From assembly GCA_030248215.1 (NCBI GenBank), contig JASANG010000273.1, forward strand, positions 496,001-560,000: 64,000 bases of DNA, given 5' to 3'. A program made the position numbers and the translations under genes. The notes below the pieces were generated by a model, which saw nothing but the letters and a program-made list of their open reading frames with translations, was not told the DNA's origin and did not search any database. Origin of the DNA: Enoplolaimus lenunculus. Lineage: Eukaryota. Positions 22,385 to 37,200 of the stretch are shown one piece after another. Numbering within the stretch: the stretch's first letter is position 1; each line of letters begins with the position of its first letter.

Positions 22385-25222
22385 TCAATTTCTGGACGAC
22401 AGCAACTGAAACCACTGGCGCAGTGCTTCACCAAGCACTGCAGGCAAGTTCTTGATGTGACGAAGAATAATGTAAAAGGGGAAGCAAAACTTGTCCAAAT
22501 ATCGTTGCATTTCCACCAACTGAAACAGTGAATAAATACTTATAAACCGAAACCAGAAGTATATACTTCTCAAATAACATGAAGCTATCGCTGCAGCGCT
22601 TGCTCAGAATATATCACGCCACTAAGTAATAGGAACGTAACTTCTTGAGAAAGTAAGCAAAATTTATCAGGCTTATTTATCGGATCAAATGTTTAGAATG
22701 TTTTTATCTAATGACGGGAGCAAGGACGTAACCAGGATTTCGGACATGGTATTACGTTCTGTAAACACTTTTAGAAGGTTTCTAGTGTGACGTAAAGAAC
22801 TATAAATTTTTTTACAAAGCCTGGATTAAAATGACAAAGGGGGAGGGTTGGACCCTATTTTAAACCCCGCTGCACCAACAGGGTGTCACGTTTGTTCCTA
22901 CAAACACAAAACAATACGTGCTGTTTTATCTTCGCAAACAAACTTTAACAAATTATTTCTTACATACCTCGCCAGTTTTTGAGAACACAGGCACCTTAAT
23001 ATCTAATATAGAATCCTGGAACAAACAAAAATATGATTAACAAGGCAAAACACCGTTTAAAATGCAGCATTTAAAAATATTGGTATGATCTGATTCATTT
23101 TGTGGCCAATCATTCTCGTTTCGCTTAGGAAGGTACATATTCTAAGTTTCGCAAAAAATGTTTACGGAAAAAAACTCTGTGTTTGCTTTAAAAACTATCG
23201 TAGGCCCACGAAATAATGCTTGTGTACAAAGGCCCACACTTAAACCGCAATAAAAAGCCTATATGCCTAAACCTAAAAAGCCAAGGCCTAAACTGACCCC
23301 TACTACATAAGCCATAACCAAAGTTTATTAGACCTACACTAACACATATTCCACAATAAAAGTTTAGCTTAAAGTAAACCATTATAAAACGCTCTATCCT
23401 TACTTTATTCGACGAATCATCCAACACAACAAACACAATAAATATCCTAGCCTGCATTGCTGTTTGAAGTGATTTTCGTAAAACTTGAACCCCTTCGGCA
23501 AAAATACCACGACCATCTGACAAAATTAACAATAGTTGAGCTGGAAGTTCGCTAGCGCTGCTAGATGGCAGGCGACGACTGGAGACCTCTTGTCCGAAAT
23601 ATTTCGACACAAATCTAATCAACTTAAATGTGAAAAAAATATTTATGAATATTCAAAAGTATAGAAAAGCAACGTGCCAGACAGCTAACACATTAGTGTT
23701 AAAAAACTTCTGAAAAAGCAAGGGTTAAAGGAAATAAAGAAAACAAAATCAAATAATTTCATCTTGCGCCCCGTTCACCTACGTGGCAGCAGTTCAAAAC
23801 TTATATTTTTCTCATACAATTATTCTTATATAAAATACAACAGAGTATTGACTTACCTGAGCAATTCTTAAATAAAATACAATAGATTATTGACTTACCT
23901 GAGCAATATCTGTCTTCGTGTGATCAAACCTCAACTGCGACAGTGTTCGCGCACCAGCAATATCGCTAAACTCATCGCCAAGTGCATGCAACAATTGAAC
24001 CGTCTCGCCAAAACTGCAAACCCCAACATGGCCAACTTCAATTTGACGCAGCGCTAGCCCCAACAGTGCTACGGACTGAAATGCGAGCTGAAAAAAACAG
24101 AAACACAAGCAATATTGTGTTTAACTTGGTACGACAATCTAGACACAGTCGAGCGCAGAACCATTTATACAAGTTATTTATTAATCTCGAAAAGCAAGAG
24201 GGCGAAAAGCTCAAACTCACGACCTTAATTATTATCTTCGAACGGACGTTGTATTTTACTCTCTAAATTCAAATACACATGCCGTCTGGAAGCATATATA
24301 ATAATATAGCGGGAACGCATATTGCTGCGTTTAAACGGGTATAGACACCACCTGTTCGTAGGCACTAAAGCTATTTGAGCATGCCAGCCATTGGCCTTAC
24401 CTCTTTAGAACAATTATCGTCCATGCTTGAGGAATTATCAATTGCAATCAGAACCTGATAATCGCGTCTGGCACGTTTTGTACGACGAAGCCAAATTCGA
24501 TTTTTACGAAACCGACTAGCAATGTACGGAATCAATTTTCGTATATTCAAGCGTTTACCAGTTTTGTAATCACCCCTTTCAAATGAATGACAAAATTAAT
24601 TAACGAGCTTCAAAAGTCGATGCTGAAAGTCCGCAAATCTTACAATAGTGAAATAGCGATTTATCGAAGAGATTTTTGTACTATGTGACAAAGACAGCGG
24701 GATGCAACCAGCATAGCTATTCCTATCGAAACCCGTTGCTATATATTCAGGTGAAGTAAACATTTTTGGGATTACGATAATAGCGACAAAATTTCATAAT
24801 ATAACTAGATTCACTATAATATGCAAATATTTGTTCCGCTTTACTCAATTAAAATAAATTATCCACGCAGTGTTCATGTCAAAGTCAAAAGTAGTATACC
24901 AAAGTTCCTCAAGAAAAACTGGAATTAATTTTTTTTGCTGAATTCTAGCGAACACCAAAATTTTATTGAAACTAAACTCAAATACAGGAAATAAAAGCAA
25001 TAACTCTTACTGTAGCTTGCTCGCTAGCGTTGGCTCCAGAATCAGCCGCAAATTCTCCATTAATTGTCCACAAAGCGCAGACGTTTCAGCAACTGCCGAG
25101 CTCCACCGGGCGCAACCATCTTCAGATTCTTGAATACCGGCAGGCTGTTTAAACAACTCAGAGTGACTAAATTCCACGCCCGCAGATGTGCTAGTTGAAG
25201 GCAAATTTTGAAAAAATAACGC
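22385..25222 (-). other. MDN1: Exons encoding the C-terminal MIDAS (vWA) domain of midasin
   Basis: Exon 24575-24401 (absent from the ORF track) encodes YQVLIAIDNSSSM with the DxSxS motif. It is followed by FDHTKTDIAQ and LLLILSDGRG. Confidence 0.92.
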
Positions 25223-28200
25223 CTGAAACAAGCAAAATGATAAATGATCAAGAAACGTCTTGCGATTTCCACTTACGCAAAATTTAAAGCTCTCAAATAT
25301 AGCATAGCTTGGTAATCCGTGCAACAGTATGCGCGTGTCTCGTTCACAATTTACTGTACTGTGTAGTCGGAAACTTAGTGTAGTCGGAAACTTACAACTA
25401 GTAAAATTTCAAAAAGCTCTAAACACACACCTGTTGCTAACAATACACGTGCTATCACTGAAGATAAAATGTTTTTAAGCTGGCATAACAATTTTCCTGC
25501 TGAAAATTCAACTGTCCAGAACGGTAGACCCCTTTGAGACTGCTCCTGCCTGCTGGTAACTTTGTTAAAACCCTTACCCTATCATAAAAGTCCAACACTG
25601 TATGAATAGTCGAATGATCTGTCCGAGTAAATATCTCTAATTCAGTGTTTGATTCAACCTCAGGTTCAGCTTCGGTTGATTTGAATTCATCTTCGGTTGT
25701 TATTTGAAAAACATTTCGATTCGTTTTGTCTGAAACTCTGGAACCTTTCTGTTTTTCATCAAGATTTTCCGACGAATCATCCTAAAACACAAATAAAATA
25801 CTTTCGAGCAATGTTTAAGCAGATGAAAATTAATTAACAAACATTTTCATAACGCATTTCAACTGCGTCGCATCCTACACTAATATCTGCACCAAAAGAA
25901 AAACAAAAATCTGAAAAGGCACCCGGTGAGCCTTCATTTCATTAAACTATTTACGCAACACTTACCTGATTATCATCGGTCAAATCTACAACTTCCATAA
26001 CTTCATCAGCTGTATCTCTAAGTTTATTGCAAATATTCTGGCGCTTTGCTTCGTCAAAACTCGCATGATCCCATTGCAGTTGATATTGACTTCTACTATC
26101 CGGACCTAAAAAATTGATGTAAGACTATTAAATAAAAATAATATGCCGCAACTTTTGTTAAAATATACAGTAAAACAGATTTATTGCAAAAATAAGAAAT
26201 TATATTTAGTTTTAAGAAAATTCATTTGATTTTTGGAACCAGTGGCTGCAATTGGAGTGAAAAATCAGAAATTACGTTTATATTCAATAAAAACCAATGC
26301 ATACGCTCTTGGAATTCCACTAATAAATCGCTGCTAAAAACTTTGCCATCTGGATCTTTCCTGGCCAATAAATTAGAAAACGTTAGATTTGCATAAAAAC
26401 CAGTAGTGTCAAAACTACTTTCATTTTGTTAGTAATTTTATGACAATTAATTTGTTTTAAGACAGATAAAGACCACCGATCTGCTCTATCATTGGAGAAG
26501 CAAACCCCTTTCAAAATTTTTTAAAAAGCGTAACCCACATTCTAAAATTTTTCCCATATTAATGATTATATAATAAATGACCACACAAAAAATACATTCA
26601 TCTTTCGAAAACACACCACTATCATGTGAATAAACATTCGATTTCTGATTTGCTTCACTTTCTTCGGCTTCTTCTGTTATCGGCTGATCAGATGTCGCTG
26701 ACGACCGTTGTATTTCGTCGTTACTGGCTATGTCATTTTCATTGGCAAGCGATTGCTCGACCTAATATTATGATTAACCAAACTGAGCATGGCCTATTAG
26801 GATTCAACGTGAAACTTTGGGTTTCTCGAAATGTATAGCTCCTATCACCAGGTAGATAGGCCGTATAAATTTAACACTAACCAATCAAGAACTTAGAAAG
26901 TTGGCACATCATTCACATTCGATCGCTAGAACTTCGGAATTTGTGGATATCATTTGCATTTGGTTGCTTCAACTTGCCGGTTTGACATTTTTAGCTGCCG
27001 TAGTTAACTTGTTTGCAAATCCATTGCTAAATGTTGATAAATGCTAGACACTGTTGAGAATACGGGCCCCCGTGAAAATGAACCAAATCTTGGACGATGT
27101 CATAGTCTACGCAAACTTGTACCTCTTAACCGCCCAATAATACCACGCTCTAGCCAGGGATTTTGCCAAAACACAATATTAAACATAATACTACTGTCTC
27201 AGGAACTTTTTGTTATATTTTTGCATTTTCAACAGCCAACATCGCCTTGCTTTAAACACCGGAACGAACATAAAACAGACAACAGTAAACTGATGCCTGC
27301 AACATTCTAATTTCCGAACAAATTGCATCATGAAAAAATTTCAAACCGCACTATACACAGAGGTTACGTAGAGATAAAGCTTCCACGAAAAGCCTCTCAC
27401 TCCCTACCCTCAATGATTTTCTTTACACCGACCTTTCTCCGTTTCGATAGACGTTGCGTTCTATTCTCTTCCGCTTGACTTGCAGCATGCGGCTCTGACC
27501 TCTTTACATCTCCACCAGTCTCGCTATCTCTGGCTCGCTTATTGCGATTTTTCTTTTCATAAATGACGTCATTGTTTTTATCATCTATTACGTCATCGGG
27601 TACCAGCTGGTTAGAATCTGTCTGCTTATCATTTTCATTCTCAACATTGTTACTCATTTCACGAACTGTGCTTTGCTGATTTAGAGACGAACCTATAATA
27701 TATTGGATCCGTTAAACCAAATGGTGAAGAACAAATCCAAAGCATTGTTATGCATTATGCAAATTTTTTACGATCCCGTAGGAGTAAGTTTCTACTTGTA
27801 AAACATGAAAATACAACCAAGGACAGTATTCGGTAATGGCTGTCACAACGATCGCAGTTGCGTCTCAAACCGCGGTTTTACCCGCGTTTACAAATGATTT
27901 GTAATGGCTTTCTCGCGAATAGCTGAGTCTATACACGGATCACAGTTGAGTCTCAAACCGCGGTTTTACCCGGGTTTACAAATGATTGAAAAATTAACAC
28001 AAGGCAATTGCGGCTGCAGTCACCATTATGCTCGTAGTAGTCCGCCCAGAGCCGTTCCAATAGCGTTTGCGAGTGTTGGCGCTCGAGATACGAGCGATCG
28101 CGATCAGAGCTGCGATGGAAAACGCGATCGCGAAAATTACGTCTGAGATATTATGTAAGAAGTTACCTCCATTCCAACACGATTAGGGACAAAAACTAAA

Positions 28201-31200
28201 ATATACAGTGCTTTTAAAGACTTGCCTATCCCAGTCTCGCTCACAGAAGGTACTTCTTGAGTCTCAATGTGACGGCTATCCTCTTTCAGCTGTTCACCTT
28301 GCTGTAACGCTTGATCGTCTGCTGTTTGCTCCTGTTCTGTCGCATGTTCCTGTTGTTCCTCGCCAGGTTCGACACCGGCGTCATTTTCCTCATCACTACC
28401 TTCTAAAAACAAACAGTTTGTATTAAATTTGTGGTTGTTTACGTTAAATTTGTTGCCGCTGTCACTGAAAACTAGCATTATTCTTTTCTTGCGCCTTGAG
28501 CACTAATGAGAGTGATACACAAGACTGCTTTCTAACCCTGAAGCAACCCAAAACTGCTTTGCACAGCAATACGAACTTTGACTGCAATTTTCAAACTAGT
28601 GTAAGCATTTTACTCTAACTCAATGATAAGTTCAAGGCGAGCTTCGATATTTAGCACATTTTAGCAGTACGCCACGTAATACTAATTAGTGTTAGGTGCC
28701 GTACACAGCTGACAATATGGTTCCTTATTTTAAGCCAATTTACAACTTACGACAACCTGCATATACCTACTAACCACTTGGCCTTTAGCAACGCTTACAC
28801 TTACCGGCAGCACTATCCAACTGTGTATGTTCCTTGGAAACATCCAAAAGAGAGTTCGCTTCATCTCCGCTACCTTCTCCTTCATCATTTTCAGATCCAT
28901 CGTCTAAATTGATATTTTCTAAATCAAACTGTTCATCGCCATCCGGCGCTCCTGTTTCTGTTATGTCCTGGTCATTTTGCTCGGCGTCTTCATTTTGTTC
29001 CTGGCGGTTGTCTAATTCAGTGCCATCGGTATCGAGTTCTGTAAATACAGAACGACTATTTTATTGTAATAATACTGAAACAAGTAAAAATATTCAGCAA
29101 AAACAAAAGTTGCAAATAAACTTAACTTCTAATGTGTGTTAACATCTAACCAAGATTATTATTGCCTAGAGAGCATTAACGTCTTCACATAAAAAGTTAC
29201 ATGGCTAGTTTTTGAAACAGAGAGCTCGCTAAAAAGGATAAATCGCGGCTGCAGAGTAAAGAAACCCAAACCACAAAAATATTATTTAGAGAGAATGGCA
29301 AAAACCTGCCTCTATTTATAATTCAAGCGTTTTTGTTTCGTCTTATTAATGTATTCAGTGCTGATTGGGTAACGAACATTTCGTATTTCCGCAAAGGCAA
29401 ACTTCCAGAATAGTATGAATGTATTTTGCCTTTGTGTTTGAAAGAAATTGATCGAGATAAACAGTTCTCACGGTAATATAGTCGTTTAAGATTGTTAGGT
29501 TTTAAGCGTTCGCATCTACATTTTGTATTATGCAGTAATTCTAACGTTTCTGTAAGCATCGCGTATTAAAATTGATATCGGTATTGGCAAAAAATTTCGG
29601 AATCGACACATCAATAATCCGTTTTTACCTTCCACACGATCAGCGGCCGCCAGTTTGTCAGTCTTCTCGGTAGCGCCTTGTTTCCCATGGTCGAACGTCT
29701 TCGCCTGGTCATTAGCGCTACTGTCATCTTCTGGGTCCGCATCCCACAGCTTCGAGTCAATCTGTTCGTCTTGTGCTTCGCCGACATCTCCAATTCGTTT
29801 GTCTGGTTCCGGTTCGTCGTTCCCCTTTCCTTCAGTATCGCTATCACTAGCGTCTATAATGCATCTTTCACAACCGAAAACACTATATGGTACGGTTAAC
29901 ACAACGTGTCAAATTTCAAAGTTGTCAAGCATTAACCCTTCCATAACGCAAAAATTGCAATAACCCTACCTTAACGTGCATTACAAAATGGTTTGTGAGA
30001 CGTATTAGGGTAGAGCTGTGACACGGATTAGGGTACTGTTAACGCAATTTTTGCGTTAGGGTAGGGTTAACGCATGACAATTTTGAAAATTGACACGTGC
30101 AACCCTACCTCATAGTGTTTTCGGTGGCAAAATGAAATTTTTCCTTGTAAAGGATGCAAAACAAAAATATATTATAACTGAAATTCATATAAAACATTCT
30201 AAGTTCAAGAAAAATTATTGTTAAGAAAATTGAAAGCTTTTGGATCAATAACCTGTTATCTTTCCTGCATCGTCATCGATATCTAAATCTTCCACTGCTC
30301 CTTCGAAATCATCATCCACTTCGATTGGTTGATCATTGTTGTTCACTGGTTTCTGTTGATTTAAGTTTAAGTCATCTGATTCCCCAGGGGCCTCCTCAGG
30401 TTCGGTATCTTTAGACCGTGAGTCTTCTAATTGACTCATATCATAAACTTTAGACGACACATCTGTTGATCCTTCTCCTTCTCCGAAACCACCGCCCTTA
30501 AAATACCATTTTGACATAGCAATCCAAATACTGCTAACTTACGAACGAGGTATTAATTACAACTAGTTTATTCTATTTTGGATTTTTAAAAATCTTTTCT
30601 GGTCCCCAGTCACGGAACATCTCGAGTTCAGATCCAACATAACTTCAGGTAGTAGGAACATACCTATTGTCGTTTTTGCGAGAGGTCGTGTACTAAAATT
30701 TGCGTAGGGGTTTTCAAACAGGCTATTTACTGCAGTCATGAATTTCAAAATTGTGGCAGTTTCAAACTTTACCGTTTGGTTTACTCGTTCAAAAGCTGCC
30801 GAACCTATCACATACCGGTAGTAAGCGATACACATAGTACGAATACCAGCCAAACCATGTGGTCCTCAAAACTATAATACAAAGCCCAATCCAGCTTACT
30901 TCAATATCTTCCAACGATTGAGCTCGTCCGCTGTCAGAATTTCCAGTTGTTTCCATTTTAGGGATTGGATTTACATAACCCTAAAATACAAAGTTCAATA
31001 TACCTACATTGCACAACATTAATTATGTAGCATGTAACTTATATACATACAGAAATTAATAAAAGTTCACCTTATACTCGTAATAATCTATCTGTTATAC
31101 CGGCTACATACATACTTGAAACTGATGGAATACGACAGCGAGACACGACCACTCGTCTCTCTTCACCTGAGACACTAGGTAATGAATTACTTATATGTTC

Positions 31201-34200
31201 CATTTGAATGCAGTGTTTCTAACAAAACACTTTGTGATAAGATTACCCACCACATTTTTGGTTATTACTTGTGCTTAAAGATCAAGTGGAGCGCAAACCT
31301 CCGTTTCACACCTATCTCCAAATATAAGAAAAACGCCAATGAAACAAACTCACTAAATGATTTGCCTAGCAATCACTCAATACTAGTTACAACAACTTTA
31401 AGTAAACCATTCTCAAACACGTCATATATCTACTAACAAGAAAACCAATGCTAAAACTTACATTCAAGCACAACTTTATAAAGCCCGCGCAAAGGACTTG
31501 CATCAACCGCGCAATTTGCATTTGATAACAAACCAAACTATTAGCTAAGTAAGCCGTCATTATACAGTACGTATCGACCAGTGACATAGTATGCCAAATA
31601 AGTGATACAAAGCTTCGTGACGCGTTATATCTGTACTGCGATATAGCACGAACATATTGGTCTATCTTTGGAGCAATCTAGAGGATACTAACATAAACAC
31701 AACATTAAGTGATACAGTATACTGTTCTGTGCCATTCCCAGAAAGAAGCGAGTCACCGGACGCCTTCGTTTGCTGACACTCGATGCCGCGAGGCGCTGTT
31801 CACCGATGCACGGTGTGGCGCGTCACAAATAAAACTAAATTTACATGTTCTGCGTGGCAGGATCCGGCGCCATGCGTTACCTAAAAATTATTTGTCACTA
31901 CGCGCGGCGTCGTGTGGTGGTGTGCGCCGCCGGCCGGCGAGTATAGGGGAACCCAAAGAATTGTTACGGGTCTGGCCTCAGGTTCATGCAAAACCTCAGC
32001 CTGTGTTAAACCGCACAACAGAATCCATTTAAAACTAATCCAAATTGGGTTATCAAACGTTGCTCTCAAAAAGAGCATTGTGATTAAAATCCCAGCGGAA
32101 ACCTTAAGAAAAATTAGACGAAATAGTAAGACCGATATCCTTACAATGATTTGCAAAATAAAACAGTATCCTAAAAGGCAATAAAAATTCCTATCGTAAG
32201 GTCGTCATAACCGAGAGCTTTGAAACGTAATCTCATGAACTCAACTGCGGCCACAGACACCTCGAAACCAGCGTGGAACTAGCAATTCTCTCGAACATTC
32301 TGCTATCCTCCCCCCATTTGGTAAAACTTACTACAGACAGCTGCAGCGCGTCTACCATGCGAACAGCTATCTCCAACTTGCTTGCCAGAGGTCGATCTTG
32401 CAGTTCCACCACTGTGACTGTTCCTGCCCGTATCCTGTCGTCTTTAGCTGGCTGATCCTTTGCAGCTCCAAGCACGCGTTGAATTGCAAGAATCACTATT
32501 TCGACTGTATCCAAGCTACTCGCCACAATCTCTGGCAAGGTAACATCATATCTTTCATTCGTTTTCAAATCTGACAATATCGCGTCAAAATCAAAATTGT
32601 CCAAATTTTCAAGTTTACTTTTACATCGAATAAGAGCCGAGTTAAAATAGGTTGCCGTTCGCTGCTTTGTGGGATAATCTAAAGCCTCGCTTCTATCACA
32701 AATCAAGGGACGAAATACTCCATTAAGATGATCATTAAATACTGCTAAGGTATCCTTGACACGTTGGCGTAATACCTTCACGGTATTCCTGAAATGATAA
32801 ACAATTTTCTAAAAATAAAAAATATTTTCAATTAAGAACAAACACTGTAGTCGATCAGAAAAGTATACAATTAGTCAATGTAGGGGCATTTTGGCGAAAT
32901 AATTAAAAAAAATTTAAATAAATTTTCCAAGCGAAATCGACCCATCAGCAAAAAAACTAGGATGTGTACACATAATACTGATAAGGTATGCGACAAGACT
33001 TGTAAGCCATAAAAACTGTTTCTCAGTTGCCTCAAAATTAATACGTTATTATACCGATTTCATTTACACAAACAACCAAAACCCAATAGATCCTGAAACC
33101 TAAACGACCGGCTAAACGGTACATATCTAAACACAAATCTCTACACCTCCACAAAACACTACCCTTAGTTGATCGCTTGAATACCAAACGCAAACACACT
33201 TCACACCCTTATCCGTTACATTATAACAAAAAATACAAAAATGTGTGTCGACACAAAAAAGCTTTTTATTCTTAAGGTGTAAAATGCTCATGCAGGGTGG
33301 AGGTAAAATCGCAATTGGGGTTTAAGAACCTGGGGGAAATCGAGGATCTTGCTTTGGCCGAGTGGGCACTCAAACTATCCCAATAGCAAACCTCCTGCTT
33401 ACCACGTCGCAATCCCAGCCGCATTACTGCCTTCTGAATCATCTTTCATCTTACTGAACTCGCTCACGGCAGCACCCAAATTATCCAAGACCTCCTGCAA
33501 CTCTCCAGTGCCCTTCCTCAGCGACGCCGCATCCGGAACCCCACAACAATGGCCAAACTCTGGAATATCGACCCATAAATCGACCACTTCCTGCGACGGG
33601 CAACACCTGTACAACTGAGCTACATCTTTGACAACACTTTCTGCCACAACACCCGCTCGCCGACTATTTTCAATCCAAAACATTAAATCTTGAGTTTGTG
33701 GTGGAAATATGGACCAATCATCGTCTGTTTTACTAGGGTTATCACTACAATCTGACCGGCTAACGCTACCTAGCGCGTCAGACATCAATAAAACAACTGA
33801 ATTAATTGTATCCAACTTTGAAATACAGTTACACAGCCGGCATCGTGAGTCAATTAACATAGTAGTCACTTTGTCAACAATCGCGATAAAACGCTTCAAC
33901 ACGCGCGGGTTAAGTTGTTCGTGAGGTTTTTCTGCAAAACAATAATGCAATACGCCTTGAGAAGCATTGTCACGGCCCAATTTAATTATACAGACGTAAC
34001 CGATTGAAGATTGGGGCCTGAGAACTTAAAGACTGAGAAGCTTAGGTTTTGACTTAGTCTTAGTAGGCAGGCCGATAAAATTAATATGATCATTACTATA
34101 GAATATGGGGTTGCAAGACATTCATAAAGGGTTAGGATAGGTAATTTGAAAACAAAAAACATACTATTTCAAACTACTAATGCCACCTAACCACTTCAGC

Positions 34201-37200
34201 CGGCCCTCGCAGCATAAAAAATTGCTAGTTGACTGGGTAATCCCTGTGGCCCGGCAGAATGTGGGCTTTAATGTGGAGAGGGGTGGGAAATTTCCGCAAC
34301 TCCAAAGAAGTGACGAGTACAAGGGTTTGAATGACAAAAACCGTGTCTGAAAAACTAAACAATTTCAGTTTTTTGCTTGTTTGAAGAGTTGAAAACGGGT
34401 TTTTGCTCGTTTTCGCAATTGGTGCTAAGATACATTAAATTTGGCTCATATAGACCAAAATATGTACTTTACTATAAAAACAGTGTTATTAGCCAACGGT
34501 TGTTAACGTTATGCTCGGGAAACAACAAAGAAATTTATTTTACAACTACTGTTCTTGGTTTGTCTTACTCGAAGCAATTTCCACAAATTTTGTTCGGTAC
34601 ACGACTGCAGTGAAATACGCTCTATCAAGCATCTGCAATGAATGCTTATTTGTCTGAAAGAAAAGGTACTTTATATACATCTTTTCAAAGTATATTTAGC
34701 AATTCACATTCAAAATTTTGATAACATTGTCCCAATGTTTCAAAAACATATTGCGTCAAAATTGCAATAATTGCAACAAGTTAAAAACATATGTTACGAT
34801 CATAATGATTGAAAAAATTTCACATTTTAATTTATTAATATGCACTACTTCCAGGTCCCCTTATAATCCTGGCTTCTCCACAGCTTGAAAATTTCCGGCG
34901 GGGGGCGTTTGCTGGGGCCCCCAGGAGTTTCCTGGGGGGCAGCTAATTTTGCTGGGGGGCAGTTTTCCTGGGGGCCCCCAGATGATCTGGGGGGTCTTGG
35001 GGGCAGGCTCAAAATTTTGCAAGCCAACTTTTTGAACCATTTTTTTATTCTAGATCGTGTTTCCAACTCAACTGAAGATTACTCATCGCTCAACATGACA
35101 AAAATTCTACGCAAACGCTAATAACAATAATTTCAACTAATATTACTGACAACTTTACCAGAAGTTGAAAGAAGCACAATTATATAAAATATAGATAATC
35201 TATAATTGAAACTGTGATTAACATATATTTTATATATTAGTCACAGCTTCAGTTTATCATAAGGCTCAGGCGGGTTGAACTTGTTGCTGCAAGGTACTTT
35301 CGAATGCTGTATGCATTGAAACGGTCTTAATATAATTGTGCTTTTTTCAGTTCATTATTGAATTGTACTAGTTACTACTGGTATTTGGAACGCCATTAAA
35401 AAATTATGAGTACTCAGCGTAATATAAACTCACATTTTGCCGAATGTCCGCCTCAAAAAAGTCCAGGTCTTTATGTTTTAGCATTGAAAATTTTTGGCTT
35501 AGAAAAGTCCTGGGGGGCCCCAGCAAAAAAATTTGCTGGGGGGCATTTTGCTGGGGGGCGGCCGAAAATTCGCCGGGCGGCCTTTCCTGGGGGCGGCAAA
35601 ATTTTCGCCGGGGGGAAATGAAAATTATGAAAAGTGCTGGCCCCCCCGCTGTGGAGAAGCCAGTAATCCAGTCTGTACCTACCCTTATCCACTTCTATAC
35701 CCAGCCAGGAGCCCAATACTAACCGTAAGCTTCGGCATTTGAATACCACCCAGTAACTCCTCAATCATTTCTTCCTGGCTCAGCTTCGCACGTCCAGTCG
35801 CCCCGCGAAATCCGCTTTCCTTAAGCACCTTGATCAGTGCATCTAGCGACCGTTGTCTTTGATTCATCGTTCTTCTAAACAGCTTCTCGTTTGCTTCCGC
35901 GCAATCCGAGTCATTACCGCCACCTTCAGCATAAACCAACTTAGCTGTAAACTCTCCATCGCTACCGAAAAACGATTCAATTTCATCGCAAAGACCCCGC
36001 ACCGCGTTCAAAGCACTATTCAGCGCTGCACCACCATCTTGCATTACCTGAGACACCAAGGCACCAGCTCTATCTTTGTATTGCGGCAATTTAGTTAAAG
36101 TTTCACTTTTCGTCGCTTCAAACTTAAATTCTAATAGATCAAGTTTCGCGTTCGTCAAACCTGCTACTTCATATGACAACAGACCAGCTTTACGAGCTTC
36201 AAGAACCAAATCATTAATCATTGTTGTACCAGACGGTAATTTGTCTAACACATTAACCACTGAATCTGATAACGCATCCTAAAACGTCAAAGTTATTTTT
36301 CACATCATCATTCAAAAGGACAAGCAAATGACTATTACGTACTACCAGAAGTACACAATGTTTTACAACACACATGTAGCTCAAAGGCCATACTAGCCTA
36401 GCCCGTGATCACAAATCGACAGATTGCAAAATGCAATAGCTGTAAACGTTTAACTCGCGCTCAAGTTGTTATAGAAAATGCATTGTTGGGTCACACACAC
36501 ACACCGCTAAATCGTGATAATCGTCGTAGCCCCAAAAATTTATTTACATACTCCAAAATATAAACCTTTTCAGAATATTTTCAATTGTCACCTAGTTCAA
36601 TCTCTCACCAGTCAGAACTTCAATCTTCACTCAACAAGTTTTTACCAAATATATAAAATAACTTACTCGATATCGTTTCACAATTCGATAAAGCTGCCGA
36701 TGGTTGCGCTCAGCGGACAATTTCAACGACCAAAAATTTGCCGAACTAAATTTCGAAATTTTGATAAGTTCCTAAAATTAGCAACTTATCACATACACCT
36801 GTTACACTTTCTGCCATTGAAATAAAACAGTTGCGTGAAAAGTTACATTTTTATGTAGCATCAGTAATTGAGCTTCTTAAAGTCCAACATTCTGATTTGC
36901 TACATCTAAAATCCTACAATTCAATTCTAAATTTTCGATTAATTTATGCAATAAAACTATTCAAAATCTGAATTTGTAATCCAGATGCAGCCAAAAACGG
37001 TTACAAAACTACTACAACTCACATTCAACATTTTCTCCAACGGGTGTCTAACATCTTCCACTCGTTTTCTCACCATTGGCAGAAATGTTTCATAATAGCT
37101 CAAGCGATTTTCAATTGCGCTAGCCAAGTTTCGTTCATCCAAATATTCAACCAGTGCTCTCACCAGCCTAAGTCGAAATTCAAACTGTCCCAATGGGCTA

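Larger units (their letters stand above)
25578..30497 (-). other. MDN1: Exons encoding the midasin Asp/Glu-rich acidic region
   Basis: ORFs 30245-30517, 29528-29902, 28137-28478 and 27397-27657 translate to D/E-rich low-complexity peptides starting at GGGFGEGEG, in the expected place between linker and MIDAS domain. Confidence 0.85.

Noticed and set aside
34845..35764. Cluster of Gly/Pro-rich overlapping ORFs
   Set aside because: They derive from the G-rich subterminal repeats of the TIR element.
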